Below, piece after piece: positions 55,758-64,000 of a stretch of DNA of 64,000 nucleotides (within the stretch, counting starts at the first letter, position 1; each line of letters begins with the position of its first letter). This DNA is from Candidatus Omnitrophota bacterium (GTDB taxonomy: Bacteria > Omnitrophota > Omnitrophia > Omnitrophales > Aquincolibacteriaceae). The notes beneath the pieces are model-generated. The model was not told where the DNA came from. It saw nothing but the letters and a program-made list of their open reading frames with translations, and searched no databases. The stretch spans positions 8,581-72,580 of the forward strand of contig CAIOAT010000016.1 in the NCBI GenBank assembly GCA_903856085.1, given 5' to 3'. Made by a program: the position numbers and the translations under genes.

Positions 55758-57281
55758 CTACTTCTTGGAAACGTTCCCGGAGCTCCAGTTCGAAAGAACT
55801 TCGGTAAAAAGCCGCACGCCAAAACCGTTCGCGCCTTTCGGACAATCGAAACGATTCGCCGTACAGTTCGCAGTTCCCGCGATATCTAAATGTACCCAGG
55901 GTGTTTTTTCCGGCACGAATTCTTTAAGGAACATCGCTGCCGTGATCGTCCCGGCATAGCCATCGCCTACATTCTGAAGGTCCGAGTGATGTGACTTGAT
56001 GCACTCTCCGTATTCTTCCCAGAGCGGAAGCTGCCAGCATCGTTCGCCGACCGTTTCTCCAGCTTTTTGAACAGCTTCGATCAATTTTTGATCCGTCCCA
56101 AGGATCCCGCAGGTCTTGTCCCCAAAGGTGTGGTGACACATCCCCGTCAGCGTGGCTGCATCGATAATAGCCATCGGTTTAAACTCCGCACAATAAGACA
56201 AAGCATCCGCAAGGATAAGGCGTCCTTCGGCGTCAGTATTCATCACTTCCACCGTCTTTCCATTGTACATCCGGATGATATCCCCGGGACGTTGGGGGTC
56301 TGCAGCGACATTATTTTCTACGGAAGGCGCAAGACCGACAATATGAAGCGGCAGTTTCAGATCCGCCACAAGCCCCATTGTTGCGATCACTGCGATCGCG
56401 CCGGATTTGTCATATTTCATTTCTTCCATCCCTTTCGAAGGCTTGATGGAAATACCTCCCGTGTCGAAAGTCACGCCCTTACCGACAAGGCAAACGGTTC
56501 CTTGGTCTTTGTATTCTTTTCCGTATTCCAGGATGATCAGGGCCGGAGGCGTTACGCTCCCCTGGTTCACGGCCAGGATCCCGTTCATGCCCATTTTCTT
56601 GAGTTCGTTAAGCCCAAAAACCTTACACTCGAGTTTCTTTTCAGCCGCAAGTTTCTTGGCCTCGCTGGCAAGCCGCGGCGCGTTCATCACATTTCCAGGC
56701 TCATTGTTAAGATCCCGGGCAAAAAGAACAGCACGGGCGATCTTCTCGGAACGAACCAGGGCCGGCCGGAGAGAAGAAACCCACTCCTTTTTTTCCGTAA
56801 CAAGTTCTACGGATTCCGGAGCTTTCGGCGGATCGTCTTTTTTCTTCGTTTTATACTGCGTAAAACGGTAGGCTGCCAAAAAAGATATCTCTGTGAAGAT
56901 CTTCACCGCTTCTCCGGCGGGAACAGTTTCCGTCAGGAAAGAATCGAAAGCGATGCGAACCTTCATGGCTTTGCGCCCGTTCGCAAGTCCGATCAAAGCT
57001 CCGATGGATTTTCTTAAAGAAGCGGGTTTAAGATCTTTTTTTTCGCCCAGCCCTAAAAGTATCATTTCCGGCGCTTGGCGGTATCCGGCCTGGTAGGAGC
57101 TAAAAGTTTCGCCCGCTTTTCCCGCAAAGCGTTTTTTTGAAATGGCCGCTTCTGCTGTTTTCGCGAACGCAGGATCGATCCTCTTAAGCGCTTTCAGATC
57201 CTTTTCGCCTTTAAAAAAACCCGCCACAAAAAGATCCGCCTTGGCCCCAGATCTTTTTACTCCCGCTAATGAGACTTTCAT
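55758..57281 (-). CDS. pepA: Leucyl aminopeptidase (M17)
   Basis: 507 aa with VGKGVTFDTGGISIKP and the M17 signature NTDAEGRLILADAL. Confidence 0.9.
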   Translation of the reverse strand: MKVSLAGVKRSGAKADLFVAGFFKGEKDLKALKRIDPAFAKTAEAAISKKRFAGKAGETFSSYQAGYRQAPEMILLGLGEKKDLKPASLRKSIGALIGLANGRKAMKVRIAFDSFLTETVPAGEAVKIFTEISFLAAYRFTQYKTKKKDDPPKAPESVELVTEKKEWVSSLRPALVRSEKIARAVLFARDLNNEPGNVMNAPRLASEAKKLAAEKKLECKVFGLNELKKMGMNGILAVNQGSVTPPALIILEYGKEYKDQGTVCLVGKGVTFDTGGISIKPSKGMEEMKYDKSGAIAVIATMGLVADLKLPLHIVGLAPSVENNVAADPQRPGDIIRMYNGKTVEVMNTDAEGRLILADALSYCAEFKPMAIIDAATLTGMCHHTFGDKTCGILGTDQKLIEAVQKAGETVGERCWQLPLWEEYGECIKSHHSDLQNVGDGYAGTITAAMFLKEFVPEKTPWVHLDIAGTANCTANRFDCPKGANGFGVRLFTEVLSNWSSGNVSKK

Positions 57282-57508
57282 GGATTCCTCCTTTGAGATA
57301 TTAAGATTGCTTGAAGAAAACGCGTTTGAGTGACATCTGGGTCCCGCGCCAAATACCCATCATGCTAAAAATTCAAGAAACTACCGCCGCTCTTGCTCAA
57401 TCCATAGCTTTTCTCTGGCGGAAAGAGTAAAGCATCCAGAGCACGGCAAAAGCAAACTGCCTTCTCTGCACGCGCCTCCGCATGTCTGGCGTCGTACGTA
57501 TCAGTGTT

Positions 57509-57922
57509 TCAGTGTCCCGCGTGATCGAGCGCCAGATTCACGAGCCGGTCAACATGCTTGATCTTCGGATGCTCACGCGGCACGTGAAAATAAGTGACGC
57601 GCTTGAATTTCTTCTCGAGATCTTTGACCTGGATAAAGAACGGCTTGAGATGCTCGGCCTTGAGCCTATAAATGCCGGAGAGTTGGCGCGCAACAAGCTC
57701 GCTGTCTAAAAAATAATCCGCTTCGGAGATGCCAAGCTCTGCGGCGAGCGTCAGCCCTCGGACCACGGCCGTATATTCCGCTACGTTGTTGGTGGTCTCG
57801 CCGATCGTTTCGCCATGATCGGCCAGTTTATTGTCCTTCTCGTCACAAACCAACACACCGATCGCCGCAGGCCCCGGGTTTCCGCGAGCTCCGCCGTCCG
57901 AATAGATTTTGGCTTTTTTCAT
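57509..57922 (-). CDS. rnhA: Ribonuclease HI
   Basis: From ATG 57922: MKKAKIYSDGGARGNPGPAAIG...TNNVAEYTAVVRGL...DSELVARQ. The track start at 58117 would overlap cysE. Confidence 0.8.
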   Translation of the reverse strand: MKKAKIYSDGGARGNPGPAAIGVLVCDEKDNKLADHGETIGETTNNVAEYTAVVRGLTLAAELGISEADYFLDSELVARQLSGIYRLKAEHLKPFFIQVKDLEKKFKRVTYFHVPREHPKIKHVDRLVNLALDHAGH

Positions 57923-57941
57923 AAAACCAGCTAGGCGAACG

Positions 57942-58616
57942 CTAGTCCTTTTTAAGGTTCTGACCCTTGTGATGAGCTTCGAGGGATTCGACTTCTTTTT
58001 GAAGTTCGCGAACGCGATTTTTGAGCTCTCGGACCGGATCCGGAAGATCCCCATGATCGAGATCGACCTCTTCGATTTTTTTTCCGTCAATGCGAACGAT
58101 CTCGGCCGGTACGCCAACCACGGTGCAATGATCCGGCACAGAGTGGATCACGACCGATCCGCCGCCGATCTTCACGTGATCCCCGATCTTGATATTTCCG
58201 AGCACCTTCGCCCCCACGCCGACCACCACATTATGTCCGAGTGTCGGATGCCGCTTCCCTCGTTCTTTCCCCGTTCCGCCGAGCGTCACACCCTGATAGA
58301 TCGTTACATTCTCCCCGATCTCAGTCGTTTCCCCGATTACCACGCCCATGCCGTGGTCAATGAAAAATCCGGGCGCGATCTGCGCGCCGGGATGGATCTC
58401 GACGCCCGTCAGAAATCGCGCGATCTGGGAAATAAGTCGCGGGACAAAAGGAATACGCCATGTGTAAAGAATGTGCGCGAAACGATAGAAAAGTACGGCG
58501 TGAAGTCCCGAGTAGAGAAAAATGACCTCGAGCGCGCCAAACGGCGTGCGCGCAGCCGGATCACGCTCAAAACAGGCCTTGAAGTCCCGATAAATGGAAT
58601 AGAAGGGGTTTCTCAT
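57942..58616 (-). CDS. cysE: Serine O-acetyltransferase with C-terminal coiled-coil tail
   Basis: ERDPAARTPFGALEVIFLYSGLHAV, the hexapeptide region GVEIHPGAQIAPGFFIDHGMGVVIGETTEIGENVTIYQGVTLGG, and the tail RELKNRVRELQKEVESLE. Confidence 0.9.
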   Translation of the reverse strand: MRNPFYSIYRDFKACFERDPAARTPFGALEVIFLYSGLHAVLFYRFAHILYTWRIPFVPRLISQIARFLTGVEIHPGAQIAPGFFIDHGMGVVIGETTEIGENVTIYQGVTLGGTGKERGKRHPTLGHNVVVGVGAKVLGNIKIGDHVKIGGGSVVIHSVPDHCTVVGVPAEIVRIDGKKIEEVDLDHGDLPDPVRELKNRVRELQKEVESLEAHHKGQNLKKD

Positions 58617-58637
58617 GGGAGCATTATATACGGGAAA

Positions 58638-58718
58638 TGGAGAACGTGGAACGGGGAACGCAAAATTTTTTGCACAAACATCGGGCGTTCGTTTGCCGTT
58701 CCCTGAGAAATGTTCCCC
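58638..58718. repeat. GGAACG repeat array: three tandem direct copies and three inverted copies (interrupted hairpin) in the ychF-cysE spacer
   Basis: GGAGAACG (58638-58645), TGGAACG (58646-58652) and GGGAACG (58653-58659) face CGTTCG (58685-58690), CGTTCCC (58696-58702) and GTTCCCCG (58711-58718). Confidence 0.6.
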
Positions 58719-58729
58719 GATTTTTCGCT

Positions 58730-59824
58730 TTAGACGCTGAACCTGAAAAGCATGACGTCGCCGTCCTGGGTCACGTATTCCTTGCCTTCAGAGCGAAGCA
58801 GGCCTTTTTCCCTGACGGCGAGTTGGGAACCATATTTCATAAGATCTTCGTAGCGCATGACTTCGGCACGAATGAACCCGCGTTCAAAATCCGAATGGAT
58901 CACGCCCGCGGCCTGCGGCGCCTTGGATCCTTTGCGAACGGTCCAGGCGCGGACTTCTTTTTCGCCCGCCGTGAAGTAGGTGATGAGCTGAAGGGCCTTA
59001 TAGCCGGTCCGGATCAGCGAATTGAGGCCCGGTTCTTCCAGGCCTAGGTCTTTAAGAAAAACCTGCTGATCCTCTTCCGAAAGATCGATAAGTTCGGATT
59101 CCACCTTGCCAGAGATCACCACGACTTCAGCGCCTTCTTTGGCTGCACGCTGACGCAAAAGATCAACAAAAGGCCCACCGCCCGGTAAATCCTTTTCCGC
59201 TACGTTCGCACAATAAAGCACGGTCTTAAGCGTAAGGAACGCCATATCCTTCACAAGCAGCCGCTCTTCTTCCGTGAGCCCGATATTGCGAAGAGGCGTG
59301 CCCTCTTCAAGCGCTTTTTTCACTTTTTCATAGACCGGCATTCTTTCCTTGGATTCTTTATCGCCGGTTTTTGAAAGTTTTTCGGTCTTACTGTAGCGCG
59401 TATTAATGGTGTCAAGATCCTTAAGGCAAAGCTCGGTGTCAATCACGTCAATATCTCGCGCAGGATCAATCGTTCCCGACACATGAACAATATTCGAATC
59501 CTCAAAGCAACGAACCACATGAAGAATGGCTTCGACTTCTTTGATGTGTCCGAGAAATTGGTTGCCGAGCCCTTCGCCTTTGGATGCTCCGGCGACAAGA
59601 CCGGCGATATCATAGAATTCGACCGTGGTCGGTGTTGTTTTCTGAGGATTATAAAGCTTACTCAGTTCCCAGAGCCGCGGATCGGGCACAGGGACCATGC
59701 CCACATTCGGCTCGATCGTGCAGAAGGGATAGTTTGACGCCGCGGCGTGCGCCTTGGCGATCGCGTTGAAAATGGTGGATTTGCCTACATTCGGCAGGCC
59801 AACGATACCGCATTTGAAACCCAT
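58730..59824 (-). CDS. ychF: Ribosome-binding ATPase YchF
   Basis: MGFKCGIVGLPNVGKSTIFNAI and FYDIAGLV, plus the C-terminal TGS-like block IHSDFERGFIRAEV. Confidence 0.95.
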   Translation of the reverse strand: MGFKCGIVGLPNVGKSTIFNAIAKAHAAASNYPFCTIEPNVGMVPVPDPRLWELSKLYNPQKTTPTTVEFYDIAGLVAGASKGEGLGNQFLGHIKEVEAILHVVRCFEDSNIVHVSGTIDPARDIDVIDTELCLKDLDTINTRYSKTEKLSKTGDKESKERMPVYEKVKKALEEGTPLRNIGLTEEERLLVKDMAFLTLKTVLYCANVAEKDLPGGGPFVDLLRQRAAKEGAEVVVISGKVESELIDLSEEDQQVFLKDLGLEEPGLNSLIRTGYKALQLITYFTAGEKEVRAWTVRKGSKAPQAAGVIHSDFERGFIRAEVMRYEDLMKYGSQLAVREKGLLRSEGKEYVTQDGDVMLFRFSV

Positions 59825-59888
59825 AGTTCTAATGCCTTTCCATTTTTACAGGCGGTCCCAGTACTTTTCAATTATCGCAAAGCGTTAA

Positions 59889-59903
59889 TTGGGACCGTCC
59901 CAA
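59889..59903. promoter_or_regulatory. 15-bp palindrome TTGGGAC-C-GTCCCAA with symmetric outlying half-sites
   Basis: Palindrome at 59889-59903. GTCCCA at 59855-59860 and TTGGGAC at 59931-59937 are equidistant from the palindrome centre (59896). It lies in the ychF / 60207 divergent region. Confidence 0.55.
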
Positions 59904-60145
59904 CTACCCTGTCGTGAACAAAATTTTAAGTTGGGACAGTGTGCGGCACTATATCAAAAAAGCTCTCCCCGCACAATGTGAACCTCCGCCTCAGGCAACG
60001 AACACTAAGAAACAGTTGTTCCCAAAGGCTTAAGTAGCCATCCCCGGACTTTTAAAATGGTTATTTTTAGACCTTATTGGGCTACTAAGCGATCAGCTAA
60101 AGTTCTTTTCTTCCCTGCAGATTATTAAAAAACAGCAACTGGGTA

Positions 60146-60174
60146 TTGACTTATTTGAATAATATGAATATATT
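60146..60174 (+). promoter_or_regulatory. Sigma70-type promoter of gene 60207
   Basis: TTGACT (60146-60151), a 17-nt spacer, then TATATT (60169-60174). SD AAGGAGG precedes ATG 60207. Confidence 0.6.
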
Positions 60175-60206
60175 ATATGATAATAGTTAATATTAAGGAG
60201 GTTCCC

Positions 60207-61898
60207 ATGTTAAAAACGAATAAGAAAGTAGCGGGAATATTTGCGGCGCTTTTACTTTGCTGCGTTCTAGGCTTCCAATTACCGGCTCCGGCTGAATGGC
60301 AACGGCCTATTCAGCCCTCGCTGGTAGGCGGAGCCCTCACCTGCCTTGCTTCCCATCCGCTCGACGGAACTAAGTTCCTGGTTGCTTCCGGACAACAGGT
60401 TTTCGAGGCCGGAAAAGAAAGCGCCTGGCAGCCACTCTGGTCCCAAGCCGACGCGAGCGCGCCGATCAAGCGGTTATTTTCCTTCGGTGTGTTGCCGGAC
60501 ATTATTTTCGCGATCACCAACCGAAGCGTTTTTATGGGAAACTTGAAAGACCGTTCCTGGCACGTGGTCTACAAAGACTCGGAAAAAACGCCTCTCTCTT
60601 TCGCGATCGACCCCAAAGATCCCAACCGCTGGTTCCTGGGAACCCAAAAAGGTCTTTTGGAAACAGAAGATGCCGGAAAAACATGGTCGCCCTCCAGGAT
60701 CTTTGGCGGCTCTGGTGCCGTGCCCCTTATTTTTTTTGTTGAGAACCGGCTATTTGTCGGAAGCGAAAATGCTCTTTTCCTTTCGCTTGCTGGAGGCGCC
60801 GCACAGCAGGTCTTTACCCTTCCCGGAACCGAAGGCGAACCCGCGGAAGCGACAAGTGACGATGCGCCCAGCGACGCGTCTTCTTATCTTTTCAAGCTCC
60901 ACGATTTGATCGCCTCGAAGCGCAACCCGCAAGAGCTGTTCCTCGGAACCACAAACGGCGTCTTCCAAAGCCATGACGGCGGGCACCGCTGGGAACCTTT
61001 ATCCAAAAGTGGTCTTCAAAGCACAACGGTGTTTCAGCTGGCTTATTCGTCAAAAGGAAACCGTCTTTATGCGGCAACACCCCGCGGTGTTTATGCGTAT
61101 GATCCTCACTCGCAGCGGTGGACCGGTCTTTTTGAAGGGTTGGCCCGTGATCGTGCGCAGAGCATCGCGGTACTTAATGAGGAAAAATTGCTCGCGATCA
61201 CGGAAGAAGGTTTCGTTCAATACCCGCTGGGACCTTTCACGCCGGAGGCTGGACCCGCGCTGACGATCTATCAGCCGCAGGAGGAAACACTTACTCTTTT
61301 AAAAGAATTGATTGCTCGGGAGCCTTCCGCCCGCGAAATTCATAAACGCGTCATTCAATACGCCGACGTCGCAAACGGCAAGATCAAGCGATGGCAAGCG
61401 TTGTCTCGGATCGCCGGAGCCCTTCCAACCTTTTCGTTTGGCAAAAACCTGGATCGAGGCACTTCTATCAGCACCTACAGCGGCAAGTACATTACGGGCC
61501 CTGAAGATGTAAGCAAAGGATGGGATGCAGATGTTAGTTGGGATTTTGGCGACATGCTCTACAGCTCCGACCAAACCTCGATCGATTCGAGAGAAAAAAT
61601 GATGGTGGAACTTCGAAACGATCTGCTGTCGGAGGCCACACGTATCTACTATGAGCGGCGGCGGCTCCAGATCGCACTCGTCTTCACGCCGCCCGTCTCG
61701 GAACAAGAACATCTTGAAAACCTCTTGCGCATGGACGAGCTCACCGCGCTTCTGGACGGAATGACAGACGGATTCTTTTCGAAGCGATTAGAACGGATTT
61801 ATGAGGATCGGCCGGAGTTTAATAAGTTGTGGGGTTTTAACCCGGAAAGTGTGCGGAGCGCGGCGTACGGCAACAGCCCACAAGAAAAGGGGGAATAA
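60207..61898 (+). CDS. Secreted protein with Asp-box (BNR) beta-propeller repeats and an unknown C-terminal domain
   Basis: Signal peptide MLKTNKKVAGIFAALLLCCVLGFQLPAPA. Asp-box motifs TEDAGKTWSPS and SHDGGHRWEPL. The C-terminal ~200 aa are helical with no recognised family. Confidence 0.6.
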   Translation: MLKTNKKVAGIFAALLLCCVLGFQLPAPAEWQRPIQPSLVGGALTCLASHPLDGTKFLVASGQQVFEAGKESAWQPLWSQADASAPIKRLFSFGVLPDIIFAITNRSVFMGNLKDRSWHVVYKDSEKTPLSFAIDPKDPNRWFLGTQKGLLETEDAGKTWSPSRIFGGSGAVPLIFFVENRLFVGSENALFLSLAGGAAQQVFTLPGTEGEPAEATSDDAPSDASSYLFKLHDLIASKRNPQELFLGTTNGVFQSHDGGHRWEPLSKSGLQSTTVFQLAYSSKGNRLYAATPRGVYAYDPHSQRWTGLFEGLARDRAQSIAVLNEEKLLAITEEGFVQYPLGPFTPEAGPALTIYQPQEETLTLLKELIAREPSAREIHKRVIQYADVANGKIKRWQALSRIAGALPTFSFGKNLDRGTSISTYSGKYITGPEDVSKGWDADVSWDFGDMLYSSDQTSIDSREKMMVELRNDLLSEATRIYYERRRLQIALVFTPPVSEQEHLENLLRMDELTALLDGMTDGFFSKRLERIYEDRPEFNKLWGFNPESVRSAAYGNSPQEKGE

Positions 61899-61952
61899 CA
61901 TGAACGCTCAAAAATGTTTCCGCCCCACAAGCCAGGGGCCACGCCCCACGAA

Positions 61953-63065
61953 TCAGTCTTGCCGCCTCATTCGGTCAAGCCTGAGCTGCCCGCACGCCGC
62001 ATCGATTTCCCGGCCCTCAGTCCGGCGGAGCGTGACCCGGAGACCGCGCCGTTCGAGCTGGTCACAAAAGCGTTCCGTTGCTTCAGGCGTGGGTGCTTTG
62101 TGCGGAAACTCTGCGATCGGGTTGTAAGGAATGACATTGATCTTGGCCCGGAGCGGTTTTGCGATCATGGAAACACCCTCGGCTTCCTCTTCCGAATCGT
62201 TCACGCCGGCGATCAACGTATATTCAAACGTGATCTCTCGCTTCAGGTCCTGATTGATCTTCCTCAGGGCGCTCACAAGCTCTTTAAGCGGGTAACGGCG
62301 GTTGATCGGAACAAGGCTGCTGCGAACCTCATCGATCGAGGAGTGGAGCGACACGGAAAGCCGGACGCGTCCGTCCACGGCTTTTACAAATTCCAGGATC
62401 TTCGGGGTGATCCCGGAAGTCGAGATCGTCACTCTTCGCGCCCCAAAGGCGAAACCCCAAGGTTCGATCAAAATACGGACCGCCTTCAGAGTGGCGTCAT
62501 AATTATCGAGCGGTTCTCCCATCCCCATAAAAACAACGTTCGTGATCTTTTTTCCCGTCATGCGGCTGATCCGCGCAACTTGCTCGACGATCTCGCCGGC
62601 CGTAAGATTGCGTGTGAATTTCCCCTGCCCGCTCGCGCAAAACGCACATTGGATCTTGCATCCCAACTGCGTCGAAACACATACTGTTTCTCGCCGTCCC
62701 CGGATGTTTACGTCCTCGCCCTCCTCGTCCTCAATGGAATCCTTTTGCGAAATGAGAACGCTTTCAAGAAAATGTCCGTCTGCGGTTTTGAAAAGGAACT
62801 TTGTCGGCCCCCCGGTCACAGCTTTTTTTTCCTCACCGGGTTCAAGTGCGGTAAGGCGGATCTCCCCGGAAAGTTTTTGGAGCATGTCTTGGGCCAGGTT
62901 CCTGATCTCTTCCCAAGCGAGAACATTCTTTTGATAGATCCAATCCAGGAGTTGGGCCGCACGATATTTGGGAAGGCCTTGGGCCGTGACAAAATTCTCT
63001 ATTTCTTCAGGAGTGGAGCCATAGAGGGTTTTCATGGGCTGTTTTTTGTCCGTCTCTGCGCTCAT
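61953..63065 (-). CDS. rlmN: Radical-SAM 23S rRNA/tRNA (adenine-C2)-methyltransferase RlmN
   Basis: CVSTQLGCKIQCAFCASG (CX3CX2C), NVVFMGMGEPLDN and the C-terminal DAACGQL. The start is ambiguous (63065 or ATG 63035). Confidence 0.9.
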   Translation of the reverse strand: MSAETDKKQPMKTLYGSTPEEIENFVTAQGLPKYRAAQLLDWIYQKNVLAWEEIRNLAQDMLQKLSGEIRLTALEPGEEKKAVTGGPTKFLFKTADGHFLESVLISQKDSIEDEEGEDVNIRGRRETVCVSTQLGCKIQCAFCASGQGKFTRNLTAGEIVEQVARISRMTGKKITNVVFMGMGEPLDNYDATLKAVRILIEPWGFAFGARRVTISTSGITPKILEFVKAVDGRVRLSVSLHSSIDEVRSSLVPINRRYPLKELVSALRKINQDLKREITFEYTLIAGVNDSEEEAEGVSMIAKPLRAKINVIPYNPIAEFPHKAPTPEATERFCDQLERRGLRVTLRRTEGREIDAACGQLRLDRMRRQD

Positions 63066-63087
63066 AGCGCCGTACGCCTTGTAACCA

Positions 63088-64000
63088 TTAGATCCATTTC
63101 TTGAACTTCATCCAGACAAGCGTGGCCAAAGAGGAAAGCACGCAAAGGCCGATGGCGAACGGATAGCCCATCGCCCATTCCAATTCGGGAAAATGCTTGA
63201 AGTTCATTCCGTAAATGCTTGCGATGATGACAGGCGGCATGGTAACCGTGGCCAGGACTGTAAGATGTTTTAGAACTTCGTTCAGCTTGAAAGAGGAGTA
63301 GGAAAAATAGACCTGGAGAATGTTGTTCAGATTCTCATGATATGCTTCGGCCATACCATAGATCCTGAAAAGGTGATCATAGATATCACGAAAATACATC
63401 AGATGCTCTGCCTTGATAAAGACGCTGGAATCACGGGTCAGAGAATAAAGCGTGTCGCGTTGGGGGCCGACAATCCGCCGCAGATGAAAAACGTCTTGTT
63501 TGAGCTGCAACAGGGTTTTTAGAAAATCCTTCGAGGTGTGACGGAACATTTCTTTTTCAAGGGCGTCGATTTTCTCGTCATATTTATCCAACACAGGAAG
63601 ATACCGATCCACCAAATGATCCAGCAGAGAATGCGCGAGCATATCGGAACCGCTTGCCATTAGCGTCGAGGTCTTCCTTTGCACAAGCTCGCGAACCTGG
63701 GTTACGCTCCCCAGCGGTTCTTTATGAACCGTCACGACAAAATTCTCCCCCATGAAAAGATTAAGCTCTATGGTTCGAAGTTCTCTTTTCGAACCCTTTT
63801 CGCGCAGGGTCATCGCATGGACGACCATGAAAAGATACTCTCCGTAGTCGTCAAGCTTGGGTTGCGATTGGTCGGTCATACAGTCTTCGACTGCCAGAGG
63901 ATGAAAGTTAAAGATCTCTACCAACAAATCGCTCTCAGATTCGGTGGGCTCTTCGAGATCAACCCATAGAAGACCGTCTTTTTCGTCCAAAACGGAAAGA
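63088..64000 (-). CDS. corA: Magnesium/cobalt transporter CorA (5' end probably beyond the window)
   Basis: The YGMNF signature lies before two C-terminal TM helices. The frame stays open to nt 64000, and the track start at 63990 is a TTG. Confidence 0.85.
   Translation of the reverse strand, partial: LSVLDEKDGLLWVDLEEPTESESDLLVEIFNFHPLAVEDCMTDQSQPKLDDYGEYLFMVVHAMTLREKGSKRELRTIELNLFMGENFVVTVHKEPLGSVTQVRELVQRKTSTLMASGSDMLAHSLLDHLVDRYLPVLDKYDEKIDALEKEMFRHTSKDFLKTLLQLKQDVFHLRRIVGPQRDTLYSLTRDSSVFIKAEHLMYFRDIYDHLFRIYGMAEAYHENLNNILQVYFSYSSFKLNEVLKHLTVLATVTMPPVIIASIYGMNFKHFPELEWAMGYPFAIGLCVLSSLATLVWMKFKKWI

Noticed and set aside
61914-63104. 396-aa plus-strand ORF
   Set aside because: It is entirely antisense to rlmN, whose radical-SAM motifs (CX3CX2C, GEPLDN, DAACGQL) are unambiguous. 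The translation is low-complexity and Arg/Pro-rich with no motif. It is a shadow ORF.
1-64000. Search for rRNA, tRNA, CRISPR arrays, transposases/IS ends, toxin-antitoxin or restriction-modification genes
   Set aside because: I found no cloverleaf-like or rRNA-like segments in the intergenic regions, no regularly spaced direct repeats and no DDE, serine or tyrosine recombinase motifs in any frame read. Absence by eye is not proof. A tRNAscan, Infernal or CRISPR-finder run would settle it.

Overview
This is a 64-kb chromosomal window from a diderm bacterium, inferred from a porin, a TolC-like module and lipoboxes. It is roughly 50% GC by eye, densely coding and almost entirely minus-strand. 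I saw no rRNA, tRNA, CRISPR array, transposase or integrase.

Left half, 1-29 kb: this reads as a phosphate-starvation and polyphosphate island.
- It carries pstS-pstC and the first codons of a probable pstA, a coiled-coil porin and ppk2.
- A PHP phosphoesterase is translationally coupled to an OlsB-like/PlsC-like aminolipid acyltransferase pair.
- It also has a ROK kinase-ppx-ppk1 operon and phoB-phoR.
- A direct repeat, CTTTACA-N4-CTTTACA at exact 11-bp phase, recurs in front of these units. I read these as Pho boxes.

Main finding: an 11.7-kb single ORF (14280-26015; 3,901-3,911 aa) lies between the ppk operon and phoBR.
- It reads like a whole envelope-spanning operon fused in one frame. 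In order it has a signal anchor, a Tiki/ChaN-like module, an internal lipoprotein signal plus a TolC-like module, and a 6-TM module. A soluble module follows, then an internal Sec signal plus a HlyD-like adaptor, further TM helices, an unknown enzyme-like module, a Nudix module and a C-terminal module.
- A pentapeptide, R-S-E-[IVAL]-R (four exact copies and two variants), sits at the module borders. Each of three copies is followed directly by what would be a canonical export N-terminus. This suggests a processed polyprotein.
- Two Pho-box-like repeats lie upstream of the ORF.

Right half, 29-64 kb:
- Central metabolism: gapN, citrate synthase, and icd followed by two GTG-initiated hemerythrins coupled to acnA.
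- A visibly AT-richer envelope-glycan cluster: a GT-C-like membrane protein, an SGNH hydrolase, an MBOAT/SGNH deletion remnant, a 979-aa multi-domain glycosyltransferase and a sulfotransferase.
- Housekeeping genes: an RluA-family synthase, suhB-like, mutY, pyrE, trmJ, rsmB, pepA, rnhA, cysE, ychF, rlmN and a partial corA.
- Three paralogous small secreted proteins and several palindromic or repeat-rich intergenic elements.

Limits: all family calls come from motifs read by eye in the supplied translations. No database search or computation was run.
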